A stretch of 64,000 bases of DNA from the NCBI RefSeq assembly GCF_035084215.1, contig NW_027139453.1, positions 8,618,001 through 8,682,000 on the forward strand. Direction: 5' to 3'. How positions within the stretch are numbered: the first letter of the stretch is position 1; each line of letters begins with the position of its first letter. The stretch comes from Heptranchias perlo. Taxonomy: Eukaryota. The notes below the pieces were generated by a model. The model saw nothing but the letters and a program-made list of their open reading frames with translations, was not told the origin of the DNA and made no database searches. Below are positions 24,960 through 38,729 of the stretch, piece by piece. The position numbers and the translations under genes are program-made.

Positions 24960-26030
24960 GCAATTGGTGGCCTGCTGGGGCTCCCGCTGGGCATAGAAGA
25001 AGACTCGCAGCACGCAGGGAGGTCACGCAGAGCAGATCAAGCTGCGGGGAGAGGGAGGAGGAGGAGGTGCAGGACACTGAGCAGGAGGCCGTATCTCATG
25101 AAGGCCTTCAGGGAACAATACTCTTCCCTCAACATAAGCGGAGGTCAGTGCATCCGATGGCTGCAGTTCACGAATTAGTTCGTGACGGAGATTTGTCAAC
25201 TGCTGCAGCCACAACTGCAGCCTCAGAGCAGGGCAAGGACAACATGGCCTGTGGCTGTCAAGGTAACCATGGCGCTGAACGTTTACGGTTCTGGATCCTT
25301 TCAGGCCTTTGCTGGCGATGTGAGCAACATCTCACAGTTTGCAGTAAACTGCTGTTTAAGGGAGGTCACTGAGGCATTGTACGAGCTGTGTAAAAGGTTC
25401 ATCACATTCCCTCTTGACAGAGAGAAGCAGAATGAGCGAGAGCGAGGCATTGCTCGCATTGCTTCACCATGGTGCCATTGACTGCAAGCATACTGCCATG
25501 TTTGCTCCAAATATCAACTCGGCCACCTTCATGAATGGAAAGGGGTTCCACTCCTTCAATACACACCTGGTGTGCGACCACACGCAACGCACCATACAGA
25601 TCAATGCCCGCTACCCTGGCAGCAGTCATGACACAGCATTCCTACCAGCATGGCAGGTCAAAGTATAGCTATTGGGCGACCAGATCTATCCATTCATGAG
25701 GTGGCTCACGACTCCGGTCAGGAAAGCACGCATACATGGAGAGTCGGCCTACAGAGTGAGCCATGCAGCCACACCAAACATCATGGAGCACACCGTAACT
25801 GTCCTAAAGCAATGCTTCCACTGCGTGGTCCATACTGGAGCAGCACTCGGTTGATTTGGTGTCAAGATTCGGCGTTGCATGCTGCACAACCTCGCCCTTA
25901 GAAGGGAACAACCCTGGCCACTGCCGATCCGGCGAGAATCTGAGCAGCAGGCAGAGGAAGAGGAGAGAGAGGAGGAAGAGGAGGAAGTGGAGGAAATGGA
26001 GGAAGGGCCCAAGAGGCAATAAGGTGCACA
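24960..26030 (+). pseudogene. HARBI1-like: Harbinger transposase, HARBI1-like, frameshifted (copy B)
   Basis: VAVKVTMALNVYGSGSFQ, GAIDCKH, NGKGFHSFN, NARYPGSSHD, LGDQIYP motifs. Confidence 0.88.
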
Positions 26031-26220
26031 GGCCATGTCTGCCAGGGCTCTGCGTGCTCACCTTATTAATGAGTGAAATCAGAAACCTCCACAACACCGC
26101 CCAAGCCACCAACAAAAGTCATACACTCCCCACCCGTCCTCTCACAATCACCCTCCTCATGACTACGCATTGCTTCCAACCGCAGCGCATAATGAAAAAA
26201 AACACCATCAACCAACTTCA

Positions 26221-27385
26221 GGCTTGGGCTGATAAGTGGCAAGTTACATTCACTCCAGACAAATGCCAGACAATGACCATCTCCAACAAGAGAGGGTCCA
26301 ACCAACTCGCCTTGACATTCAACAGCAATACCATCGCCAAATCCCCACCATTAACATCCTGGGGGCCACCATTGAACAGGAACATAACTGAGCCGGCCAC
26401 ATAAATAATGTGGCTACAAGAGCCGGTCAGAGGCTGGTTATTCTGCCGTGAATGACTCACCTCCTGACTCCCCAAAGCCTTTCCACCATCTGCAAGGCAC
26501 AAGTCAGGAGTGTGATGGAATACTCTCCACTTGCCTGGACGAGTGCAGCTCCAACAACACTCAAGAAGCTCCACACCATCCAGGACAAAGCAGTCCGCTT
26601 GTTTGGTACCCCATCCAACACCCGAAACACTCACTATCTTCACCACCGGTGCTCAAACCAGCGACCCCTACCACCTAGAAGGAAAAGGGCAGCAGGCACA
26701 TGGGAACAACACCACCTGCACTTTCCCCTCCAAGTCACACATCATCCCGACTTCGAAATACATGGCCGTTCCTTCATCGCGGCTGGGTCAAAATCTGGAA
26801 CTCCCTCCCTAACAGCTCTGTGGGAGAACCTTCACCACACGGACTGCAGTGGTTCTAGAATCATAGAATCATAGAAGTTTACAACATGGAAACAGGCCCT
26901 TCGGCCCAACATGTCCATGTCGCCCAGTTTATACCACTAAGCTAGTCCCAGTTGCCTGCACTTGGCCCATATCCCTCTATACCCATCTTACCCATGCAAC
27001 TGTCCAAATGCTATTTAAAAGACAAAATTGTACCCGCCTCTACTACTGCCTCTGGCAGCTCGTTCCAGACACTCACCACCCTTTGAGTGAAAAAATTGCC
27101 CCTCTGGACCCTTTTGTATCTCCCCCTCTCACCTTAATTCTATGCCCCCTCGTTATAGACTCCCCTACCTTTGGGAAAAGATTTAGACTATCGACCTTAT
27201 CTATGCCCCTCATTATTTTATCGACTTCTATAAGATCACCCCTAAACCTCCTACTCTCCAGGGAAAAAAGTCTCAGTCTATCCAACCTCTCCCTGTAAGT
27301 CAACCTTCTCAAGGGCAGTTAGGGATGGGCAATAAATGCTCGCCTCGCCAGCGACGCCCACATCCCGTGAACGAAATAAAAAATA
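26221..27385 (+). mobile_element. LINE-A copy orthologous to 3940-4715, interrupted by a CR1
   Basis: KAQVRSVMEYSPLAW; same flanks as in copy A. Confidence 0.85.
26858..27302 (-). mobile_element. CR1 3' end nested in LINE-A (specific to copy B)
   Basis: ERLDRLRLFSLESRRFRGDLIEV; (agaatcat)n tail on the plus strand. Confidence 0.88.
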
Positions 27386-27429
27386 GTGCGGCTTCAAACA
27401 CAAATTTGTAAACGAACACATGATATCAT

Positions 27430-29245
27430 GTGAACACCTTTACCGTATTTACCCTTGTGCATTATTTCAATGCCTGTCACTCGTGTGCCTTTACGTATCC
27501 TAGTGCTCCTCCAAGGTGCATCCCCAGAAGCTGCAGCATGGGTGGTGGGAGGCTGCTGACCTTCAATGGAGGAGAGTGCCGTGGAGGTCGACCTCAAGCA
27601 TTTCTGGGTGAGAGGGCACGGCTTCAGACTCCACCATCCCGGCATGGGCTGCAGCAATCTGACCTGGTTGGCTGACAGGCAACGGGAAGGGCACTGGCAG
27701 AGTGGAAGGGATGGGAGCAGGAATGCTGTCGCCCGAAGAGAGGACAGCAGGTTCGACTGCCATGGCACCATTGCCACTCTCTCGGAGCAGGGCCTCAGCA
27801 CTCCTCGTTGGAGAACAGATTGCTGGAGTGCTGTAACGCCCTGGAAGTCCCGTTCCACGTTGGTAAAGAGAGCCTCGATAACAGCAGTCTGAGCCTGGAA
27901 CGCTGCAGTGTGGGCTTCCAAAGCAGAAATCTGAGCTCCACTGCAGACGTCCAGCACTGCCAGTATCCAGGGCCGCAGCTACGGCCCATCCTATCATGGC
28001 CAGCACTGGATCCTCCATGGGAGTAAGGACGTGTCAGCGTGCTTCTCCTCCTCCATTTCTTTCTTGCTGCCTCCCGAAATGCGCCATCGTCTCCTTCAAG
28101 ATTGAGGGAAGTGTCACAGTGAGTGTCCTGCAAAATGTTTGGATAATGTGGCTGATGTGGTTGAATAGTTGGCAAGTGTGTGTGACCTGTGAGTTGGGGG
28201 TGTGCGGCTTGCAGCAGTGGTCATGTGTGAGGGTGAGAGGAGGATTGCAAGAGTTGACTGCTACTTGAAACAATGTGTTGGTATGTGGGTGATGGAGGTT
28301 TTACTGTGTCGAACAGTGGATGAGGCGAATGGTACAGTTCATAGAATCATAGAAAGTTACGGCACAGAAGGAGGCCATTCGGCCCATCGTTTTGGGTGAA
28401 ATGATCGGCAGACTCGTTCCTTGTCTTGCCTTTCTTTCAATGTTACAGTGCGATAAGCAGGATACAGTCAAGCCCAGTCACGACCTCTTTAGACAGTACT
28501 CCCCAAATCAGCCAATGCGTGGTCCTCGTCCCTTTCTGCTGCCATTGCTCATACCTTGGTCACGCCCACCGAACCCCACTTAATACACACAGACTGGGTA
28601 TGTGGTTCTGCCACTCAAACACCACTTAAAACCAACTGGCTTTGGAACAGTCATTTCCCCCACAAAGACTAGTCTGTCTTTGTTCACCTCAATTAGGTGT
28701 GTGTTTTCTCCCATCAAACTCAATCCTGCCCCGATTGCTGTGTCCTGTTTAGAGTAACATGTGACTTCCCTGTATTTGACTGGTTGTCTCCGTTCATCGT
28801 TCACCAGGCAGCACGTTCAATCTTATGTATATTTTCCCCGGGCTTTGAGTAATACCCAATTTGCATCTGTACAACAAGAATTCAATTGTTAGGCAAGGAC
28901 ATGGTCTCGAATTGACTTTGGTTGGATGGCTGTTCAACCCTCTCAGTCTTCATTGTTTCTCTTTCCCTCATTCATGTTTCAACAGTAGGAGACGCCACTT
29001 GACAGTTGTCCTCACTCACCTTGGCTAGTCGTGTCAAATCATAGAACTTCTTCCTGCACTGCATCCATGTTCTTGGTGCTTCACTCCTGGCATTGACCTC
29101 GTTCACGACTTCCTCCCACTGCCACTTGAGCATATGCCTGGAGGGCCCCTTGACCAACCTCCCACCAACCCAGCAGATACAGGATGACCCTCCTCCTCTT
29201 CACCTCTTCAATCAGAGAACCTTCGTGCACGCTCTCACAGGCGCA
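27430..29245 (-). pseudogene. Harbinger Myb/SANT gene remnant (copy B)
   Basis: WEEVVNEVNARSEAPRTWMQCRKKFYDL..K|gtgagt; paralog of 4780-6604. Confidence 0.75.
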
Positions 29246-29261
29246 TCCATTCACAGCGTCA

Positions 29262-29708
29262 GCTGGGGCTCAGTGGGTCGCCCTCTCTTCATTCAGAAGG
29301 TCGTGGATTCAAGACCCACTCCAGAAACTTGAGCACCAAATCTAGGCTGACACTCCAGTGCAGTACTGAGGGAGTGCAACATTGTTGGAAGAGTCGTTTT
29401 TCGCATGAGACGGAAAACCATGTCCCCGTTCTGCCCTCTCATTTGGATAAAAAAGGTTCCATGGCACAAGATCGAAGAAGAGCAGGGGAGTACTCCCCGA
29501 TGTCCTGGGGTCATTATTTATCCCTCAACCAGCATCACTAAAACATAGATTATGTGGTCATTATCAAATTGCTGCTTGTGGGAGCGTGCTTTGCGCAAAT
29601 TGGTTGCCAGGTCACCGACATTACAACAGTGACACTTCATTGGCTGTGAAGCGATTTGGTACGTCCTGAGGTTGTGAAAAGTGCTATATAAATGCAAGTC
29701 TTTTTTTT
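29262..29708 (+). mobile_element. DeuSINE-type SINE (copy B ortholog of 6610-7065)
   Basis: Same head, core, tail and flanks. Confidence 0.75.
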
Positions 29709-29996
29709 CGCTTCAATATATTCCAGCATAGATTTACTTCCCAATGGGCGTCCACCAATTCCTGCTGCCACATTGTACCTCTCCTTTAAGAGGGGCAGGC
29801 TGCCTTTCAGTCGAACTAGCCACTCCCGGGATCTGGACAAACTGCTGGTGCCTGCAGCTAATCAACGCACCAATCATTGAAATCATCAGGCAGCAAGAAT
29901 GTTCGGTGCTGCCTCCATCGCCACTAACGGCTGCGGGTTAATCGCGCACTGCGATGCCAGCGTCCGTTTTTGATGGTTATCCAACAAAAGCACCAC

Positions 29997-30400
29997 TGTG
30001 TTTATAAACACCTCAGTGTAATTCACCCAATGTACAGAACTGTGAGGTTTCCGCCGATGTGACAGCTTTCTGTGTTTATAAAAACCTCAGTGTATTTCAC
30101 TCAGTGTCCAGAACTGTGAGGTCTCCCCTGATGTGACAGCTTTCTGTGTTTATAAACTTCTGTAGTAATGGCGAGGCCGACGTGCACCAAGTTTCTCAGA
30201 CTACGCACTGGAGGCCTGGATGGAGGAGCACAACTGTGGAGCCAACCATGACGCAGAGCCTGTTGACCAATGTCACATCTTCCATTGCAGCACAAATCAA
30301 TGTCAAAGGTGTTTATGATTCATTTGGAAGCTCAGATTGTTGCGTTACAGGCTCCATTCTCCACCAGATCTCCAGATTGCTGAGGCGCTTCCAGCCTTAG
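29997..30400 (+). pseudogene. 74-bp repeat (about 2 units) plus internally deleted second Myb gene
   Basis: Sequence homologous to about 7750 is joined directly to sequence homologous to about 8710 near 30226. Confidence 0.7.
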
Positions 30401-30999
30401 GTGCGCCGGACGCCATCTTGGTGAAGGGTTTTGCGTGCCCGCAGATAACGAAAGCCTGCAACATGTCAAGTAGGGATAATATGCGTTAGATCAGTGTGCA
30501 ACGCGGATTTAAAGTGATGGACAATATTTTGGGACTTAACGCTCTACTCAAAGACCAGTCTTAACCCCAACCATCAGCACGTATCTTAGAGTGAATGATG
30601 GACCCCCACCAGCCCTATTTAAAGGGACCATGCAGGATTTAAAGTTTAGTTGCTGAATTATTGCTTCTGGCCACTGATGCATTTGTACCACTTTTGGAGG
30701 TCTCCTATAATTGAATACTCGGACATGGGGAAATAGCCTAACATTTAGAGCCAGGACATGCAGGTGTGAACTGAGGAAACGCTTCTACACGCAAAGGTAG
30801 GGAAAAGTTTGGATCGCTCTTCCGCAAACTGAAGTTGATGCTCGCTCAATTGTGAATTGTAAATCTAAGATTGATAGATTTCTGTGAACCAAGGATATTA
30901 AGGGATATGGGACTAAGACGGGTATATGTGGTTAGGTCAGAGGTCCACCATGATCTCAGTGAATGGCGGAACAGGGTCGAGGGGCTAAATGTAACTGCC

Positions 31000-31530
31000 G
31001 CTCGCTATCCCCTGTTATGCATCACCTCCTCTTGCAAGAACGCGAGAATTGTGTCGGTGAGTGTCCTGCAGGATGTTGGGTGATGTGCCTGTCATGGTTG
31101 AATGGCTGCCAGTGTGTGTGACCTTGCAGCAGTGGTAATGTGTGATCGTGAGTGGAAGCATCTGGTAAGAAGAGTTGAATACTGCTTGAAAGAGTTTGTT
31201 GGTAGGTGGTTGATGGTGGGTGTAGTGCGTGGAGCAGTTTAAGTGGCGAGTGGTGCAGTTGGTAGGAGAAGCCAGTTGACAGTTGACCTCAATCACCTTG
31301 GCCACTCAAGACAAAGCATTGAACTTCTTCCTGCATTGCATCCATGTTCATGGTGCTATGCTCCTGGCATTGACTTCGTCCCACGTTGCCTCCGACTGCC
31401 TTGGGAGCATTTGCCTGCAGGGCCTCGTGCCCCTCTGCGGATACAGGATGCCCCTCATTCTGTCCACCTCTTGCACCAAGGCTTTAGTGCATCATCAGAG
31501 AACCTTGGTGCACGCTCCCTCGCAGGCCTG
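31000..31530 (-). pseudogene. Third Myb/SANT exon remnant (copy B)
   Basis: Paralog of 9480-10002 (WMQCRKKFN). Confidence 0.7.
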
Positions 31531-32489
31531 GTACAAATTCAGATCGGCAGATTGGTGAGGTCTGGTGTGCAGATTGAAGGATGTGTGATTTAGTGGTGTG
31601 CAACCTTTATTTAATGATTCAACATAACTCATCAGTTTGTAAACAGGGACGGTACCTGTATCTATGTTTCACGTGTGTGATTTCTGATCTCCGCTTAGAT
31701 TCTCTGCAAATAAGAGATGCAGAATGTCGCCAAGAGGTGCAGCCTGCCTTTAAGAGGTGGGAGTAAATCATGCCATTCGGGCCATATTCAATTTAACTCC
31801 CATCCTCCTTACTTTACATGATGCTAGTGTTTGTTATCCGCACGTGCGCAAACGACTTTGTCAAAATGGCATCGAGTGCTCGTCACACGAGATGCGTGCA
31901 TTCCGGACTCCATTTTGAGAACTGAAGAGGCCGTATTGTGGCTGAAAATTGGGCGCTGCACGGGCCAATTCCTGGATGCATTGTGCCTGTTGCATGGAAT
32001 ACAGCACGGCACAGACAATGGCCATTCGGCCCATATGGGTAAAAAGTTCCCATGAAAACGTTATTAAACAACAACAACTTGACTAAAGTGGCAGAAAACC
32101 TCAACTCATTCAAAAAGTACCTGGATGTGCACTTTAGGTTCCGAAAACGACAGGGCTACCGACCAAGTGCTGGAAAGTGGGATTAAGCTGGACAGATCTT
32201 TTTCGGCCAGCAGACACGATGGGCCGAAAGGCCTCCTTCTGTGCCATAACTTTCTTTGATAAATATGTAATTGTATTAGATTATGGATATTTTGCATCGA
32301 ATGCACACTACAGCACAGAAGCCATTCGGCCCAGCTGCTATTTCTATTTTACAACTTCGTGTCCACAGAATATCCCTTTTTATATTGTCAGAGTCCGACC
32401 ATCTCATAACCTTCCTCATACAAACAATCATAGAGTTTGACGAATTCATACTTTAGAGCACGTTTCTGTTAATTCACTCCAAACAAATT

Positions 32490-34720
32490 CACACTACAGG
32501 CCCTTTGGCGACGCCATTACAGTTTTCAATACTTCGTACCATTGCTGATGCCAATTACACTTTCCCCAGTACACAGTCCCTTTGGCAACGACTGGCATAA
32601 TTTTCAATACACCGTTCCTTTGGCGATGCCTAGTACACTTTCCCCAATACACCGTCCCTTTGGCGATGCCGAGTACACTTTCCCCAATACACCGTCCCTT
32701 TGGCAACGGCTGACATAATTTTCAATACACCGTCCCTTTGGCGATGCCGAGTACACTTTCCCCAATACACTGTCCCTTTGGCGATGCCGAGTACACTTTC
32801 CCCAATACACCTTCCCTTTGGCGATGCCGAGTACACTTTCCCCAATACACCGTCCCTTTGGCGATGCCGAGTGCACTTTCCCCAATACACCGTCCCTTTG
32901 GCGATGCCGAGTACACTTTCCCCAAATACACCGTCCCTTTGGTGAAGCCGAGTGCACTTTCCCCAATACACCGTCCCTTTGGTGAAGCCGAGTACACTTT
33001 CCCCAATACACCGTCCCTTTGGTGAAGCCGAGTACACTTTCCCCAATACACCGTCCCTTTGGTGAAGCCGAGTACACTTTCCCCAATACACCTTCCCTTT
33101 GGTGAAGCCGAGTACACTTTCCCCAATACACCGTCCCTTTGGTGACGCCGAGTACACTTTCCCCAATACAACGTCCCTTTGGCGATGCCGAGTACACTTT
33201 CCCCAATACACCGTCCCTTTGGTGACGCCGAGTACACTTTCCCCAATACACCGTCCCTTTGGCGATGCCGAGTACACTTTCCCCAATACACCGTCCCTTT
33301 GGCGACGCCGAGTACACTTTCCCCAATACACTGTCCCTTTGGCGATGCCAAGTACACTTTCCCCAGTACACCCTCTCTTTGGCGATGCCGAGTACACTTT
33401 CCCCAATACTCCGTCCCTTTGGCGATGCCGAGTACACTTTCCCCAATACACCGTCCCTTTGGCGACGCCGAGTACACTTTCCCCAATACACTGCCCTTTG
33501 GCGACGCCGAGTACACTTTCCCCAGTACACCCTCTCTTTGGCGATGCCGAGTACACTTTCCCCAATACACCGTCCCTTTGGCGATGCCGAGTACACTTTC
33601 CCCAATACACCGTCCCTTTGGCGATGCCGAGTACACTTTCCCCAATACACCGTCCCTTTGGCGATGCCGAGTGCACTTTCCCCAATACACCGTCCCTTTG
33701 CCGATGCCGAGTACACTTTCCCCAATACACCCTCCCTTTGGCGACGCCGAGTACACTTTCCCCAATACTCCCTCCCTTTGGCGACGCATCGTACACTTTC
33801 CCCAATACACCCTCCCTTTGGCGATGCCGAGTACACTTTCCCCAATACACCCTCCCTTTGGCGATGCCGAGTATACTTTCCCCAATACACCGTCCCTTTG
33901 GGCACGCCGAGTACACTTTCCCCAATACACCCTCCCTTTGGCGACGCATCGTACACTTTCCCCAATACACCGTCCCTTTGGCGATGCCGAGTACACTTTC
34001 CCCAATACACCCTCCCTTTGGCGATGCCGAGTACACTTTCCCCAATACACCCTCCCTTTGGCGATGCCGAGTACACTTTCCCCAATACACCGTCCCTTTG
34101 GCGATGCCGAGTACACTTTCCCCAATACACCGTCCCTTTGGCGATGCCGAGTGCACTTTCCCCAATACACCGTCCCTTTGGCGATGCCGAGTACACTTTC
34201 CCCAATACACCCTCCCTTTGGCGACGCCGAGTACACTTTCCCCAATACACCCTCCCTTTGGCGACGCATCGTACACTTTCCCCAATACACCCTCCCTTTG
34301 GCGATGCCGAGTACACTTTCCCCAATACACCGTCCCTTTGGCGATGCCGAGTACACTTTCACCAATACACCGTCCCTTTGGGCACGCCGAGTACACTTTC
34401 CCCAATACCCCCTCCCTTTGGCGACGCATCGTACACTTTCCCCAATACACCGTCCCTTTGGCGATGCCGAGTACACTTTCCCCAATACACCCTCCCTTTG
34501 TCGATGCCGAGTACACTTTCCCCAATACACCCTCCCTTTGGCGATGCCGAGTACACTTTCCCCAATACACCCTCCCTTTGGCGATGCCGAGTACACTTTC
34601 CCCAATACACCCTCCCTTTGGCGATGCCGAGTACACTTTCCCCAATACACCCTCCCTTTGGCGATGCCGAGTACACTTTCCCCAATACACCTTCCCTTTG
34701 GCGATGCCTACTACATTTTA
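32490..34720. repeat. 40-bp satellite (ccccaatacaccgtccctttggcgatgccgagtacacttt), about 55 homogeneous units
   Basis: Exact 40-bp period with no unique spacers. Confidence 0.97.
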
Positions 34721-35274
34721 CAATACTCCGTACCCCATGCCAGCCCCAGATACTTTCCAGCGTCCTCTCTGGGCTGTTTTCAGGGAGCTGTATCTCAGCA
34801 AAAGCAGTATCCTTCTTTCCCTTGTGCCTCACCCTTATAACTCTCAGCTGACTGGGGAAGGTCTTCACCCACTCCAGACTTCATTACTTCCTAAAGGTGA
34901 GGTCCATTAAAAGAACCATACCTCTCCTCTTAAAGTGGAGGTTTCTTAAAAGGGCCAAACACTTACTTGGGGATCACAGCCCTCAGATACCGTGCTACGA
35001 GGGGCATAAAAGACTGAAACGAGTCCATATAGGGGTACAAGGGACTGAGTGGTGAATGAGAGGAGTCCTTATAGAGGGGTATACGGAACTTAGTGAGGAA
35101 TGAGGGGGGCCCTTACAAATGGCTGTTCCATCCCATCCCTTATGGAGACTCAACCCCTCCACCCCTATTGCTCGCACCCACATGAACACTGCCCCTCTCC
35201 TTCCCTCCATGTCTTAGTTTGGTTATCAGTGCTCAGGTACTGTTGAGATCAGTCTGCCCTCTGTTATAGTGCGT

Positions 35275-36440
35275 GAGGTTGAGTGTGTTTGTGAGTGTCA
35301 GTGTCTGTGTGTGTGTCGGTGAATCTAGGTGTGAGTGTGTGGGTGTGTCTGTGAGTTTTTATCTGTGAGTGTGTGAATGTAGCTGTGATTATTTCTGAAA
35401 TTGTGACTATGATGGTGTCTGTGAGCGTCTCTGTGAGTGTGGCTGCGATTGTGCCTGTTAGTGCCGCAGTGATTGTGTCTGTGAATGCGGCTGTGTGCGC
35501 GTCTGCAAGTGTGGCTGTGTGTGTGAGACTGTTTGTGGCTGTGACTGTGTCTGTGTGTGTGGTTGTGAGTGTAGCAGTGTGAGTGTCTTAGTGTGACTGT
35601 GATTGTGTCTGTGTGTGACTGTGATTGTGTCTATGAGTCTGGCTGTGTGTGTGGCTGTGTGTGGCTGTGAGTGTGTCTGTGAGTGTGGCTTTGAATGTGT
35701 CTGTGTGTGACTGTGATTGTGTCTGTGTGTGTCTGCGAGCGTGTCTGTGAGTGTGGTTATGAGTGTGGCTGTGTGCGTGTTTGTGAGTGTGGCTGTGAGT
35801 ATGGCTGTGTGACTGTGTTTATGTCTGCTGGTGTATCTGAGAGTGTGGCTGTGTGTGTGCCTGTGTGTGGCTGTGAGTGTGGCTGTGAGTGTGCCTGATA
35901 GTGTGACTGTGAGTGTGAATGTGATTGTGTCTGCGAGTTTGTCTGTGAGTGCGGCTGTGTGTGTGGTTATGAGCGTGTCTGCGAGTGTGCCTGTACGTGT
36001 GGCTGTGTGTGACTATAGGTGTGGCTGTTTGTTGCTTTAAGCATGACTGTGATTGTGACTGTGAGTGTGTCTGTGAGTGTGACTGTGTGTGGCTGTGAGT
36101 GTGGCCGTGAGTGTGTCTGTGAGTATGAGTGTGATTGCGTCTGTGTGTGACGGTGATTGTGTCTGTTAGTGTGTCTGTGTATGTGTCTGCGAGTGTGTCT
36201 GTGAGTGTGGCTCTGTGTGGCTGTATGTGTGGTTGTGCGTGGCTGTGAGTGTTGCTGTGGCTGTGACCCTGAGTGTGTCTGTGAGTTTGTCTATGAGTGT
36301 GTCTGTGAGTGTGTCTGCGAGTGTGTCGGGGAACGTGTCTGCTTGTGTGTCTGCGAGTGTTTCTGTGAGTGTGGCTGTGAGTGTGTCTGTTAGTGTGACT
36401 GTGATTGTGTCAGTGATTGACTGTGATTGTGTCTGTGAGT
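35275..36440. repeat. TG-rich cryptic repeat, left part (copy B)
   Basis: Paralog of 12555-13660; resumes at 38730. Confidence 0.95.
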
Positions 36441-38728
36441 CCAAAAACAGCCATGGACAACGAAAGAGGCAAGTGACAGCATAAGACATCAGGAAAGGGC
36501 ATACAAAAAGGCAAAACATGGCACAGATCTTGGCGAACGGGAAAGATACAAAGATCAACAAAGGGTCATAAAACAGATAGTAAGAGCTAAAGAAAGAGAG
36601 TATGAAAAGAAACTTGCAAAGGATGTCAAAACCAATACGAAGAACTTTTATAGTTATATTAGGAAAAAGAGGGTGGTCAGTAGCAGCGTGGGCCCCTGAA
36701 AAACTGAAAGTGGGGAGATTGTCATTGGCAATGGGGAAATGGCGATTTTTTTTTTATTCGTTCATGGGATGTGGGCGTCGCTGGCGAGGCCGGCATTTAA
36801 TGTCCATCCCTAATTGCCCTTGAGAAGGTGGTGGTGAGCCGCCATCTTGAACCGCTGCAGTCCGTGTGGTGAAGGTTCTCCCACAGTGCTTTTAGGAAGG
36901 GAGTTGAATCATTACTTTGCTTCAGAATTTACAGTAGAAAAAGAGGATAGCGTCCAGGAAATCCCAATAAAACTAATATTGAATCGGAGACAGGGATTCA
37001 TTAAAATTAACAGAAGTAAATCAACTGTAATGAAGAAAATAATAGCACTAAAGGGTGACCAATCCCCAGGACCAGATGGTTTCCATCCCAGAGTATTAAA
37101 GGAAGTAGGTGAGCACATTGCGGATGCCCTAACTATAATCCTTCAAAGTTCCCTAGATTCAGGAACTGTCCCTCTAGATTGGAAAATTGCACATGTCACT
37201 CCACTTTTTAAGAAAGGAGAAAGGGAAACCAGCGAATTATAGACCAGTTAGCCTAACATCTGTTGTGGGAAAAATGCTGGAGTCCATAATTAAAGATAGG
37301 GTGACTGAACACCTCGTGAATTTTCAGTTAATCAGAGAGAGCCAGCATGGATTTGTGAAACGTAGGTCGTGCCTGACAAACCTGATTGAATTTTTGAAGA
37401 GGTGACGAAAGCAGTGAACAGGGGAATGTCAATGGATGTTATTTATATGGACTTCCAAGAGGCATTTCATAAAGTCTCACCTAAGAGACTGTTAGTTCAG
37501 ATAGAAGCCCACGGAATCGAGGGAAAACTACGGACTTGGAGAGGAAGTTGGCTGAGCGAAAGGCGACAGAGTGTAGGGATAATGGGTAGGTACTCACATT
37601 GGCAGGGTGTCACCAGTGGAGTCCAGCAGGGATCTGTCTTGGGGACTCAATTATTCACAATATTTATTAATGACTCAGATGAAAGCATATAAAGTCTCAC
37701 ATCGAAGTTTGACGATGACACAAAGATTGGTGGCATTGTAAGCAGTGTAGATCAGCCATGATCTTATTGAATGGCGGAGCAGGCTCGAGAGGCCGATTGG
37801 CCTACTCCTGCTCCAATTTCTTATGTTCTTATGTAGATGAAAACATAAAATTACAACGGGATATTGATAGATTAGATGAATGGGCAAAACTGTGGCAAAT
37901 GGAATTCAAAGTAGGCAAATGTGAAATCATCCACTTTGGAACAAAAAAGGATAGAACAGGGTACTTTCTAAATGGTAAAGTGTTAAAAACAGTGGATGTC
38001 CAAAGGGACTTAGGGGTTCAGGTACATAGATCATTAAAGTGTCATGAATAGGTGCAGAAAATAATCAATAAGGCTAATGGAATGCTGGCCTTTATATCGA
38101 GAGGACTAGATTACAGGGGGGCAGAAGTTATGCTGAAGCTGTACAAAACCCAGTTTCAACCGCACCTGGAGCGCTGTGAGCAGTTCTGGGCACCGCAACT
38201 TCGGAAAGTCATATTGGCCTTGGAGTGTGTGCAGCGTAGGTTTACCCGATACCCGAACTTCAAGGGTTAAGTTACGAGGAGAGATTATACCAATTTGTGT
38301 TGTATTGTCTCGAGTTTAGAAGTGAAGGGGTGATCTGATTGAAGTTTATAAGGTGTTAAGGAGAACAGATAGGGTGGATAGAGAGAAACTATTTCCGCTG
38401 GTTGGGGATTCGAGGAGTTGGGGGCACAGTCCAAAAATTAGAGCCAGAGCTTTCTGGAGTGAGATTCGAAAACATTTCTGCACATATAGGGTGGTAGTAG
38501 TTTGGAACTCTCTTCTGCAAACGGCAATCGGCGCTCGTTCAATTGCTAAATTTAAATCTGAGATAGATAGCTTTTTGTCAACCAAAGGTATTCAGGGATA
38601 CGGGCCATAGGCAGATATCTGGAGTTAGATCACAGATCAGCCATGATCTAATCAAATGGCGGAACTGGCTCGAGGGGTTGAATAGGCCTACTCCTGTTCC
38701 TACATTCCTATGTTCTTATGTTCCTATA
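36440..38728 (+). mobile_element. CR1 LINE ORF2 (RT) decayed copy inserted in the TG repeat, with nested short inserts at about 36745-36905 and 37750-37833
   Basis: SPGPDGFHPRVLKE, NYRPVSLTSVVGK, QHGF..RSCLTNL, YMDF, GVQQGSVLG, KFDDDTK motifs; tail (ttcttatg)n. Confidence 0.92.
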
Positions 38729-38729
38729 A

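Noticed and set aside
32490-34720. CRISPR-like array or 500-690-aa proteins on both strands
   Set aside because: Head-to-tail 40-bp units with no unique spacers, no cas genes and a vertebrate context. The ORFs are open in all frames only because most monomers lack stop codons.
36882-36888. Extra RSS heptamers (CACAGTG here and in SINE or Harbinger sequence) implying RAG rearrangement of the GPCR cassettes
   Set aside because: No nonamer at 12 or 23 spacing was seen, and they lie inside common repeats. A full RIC scan was not possible.
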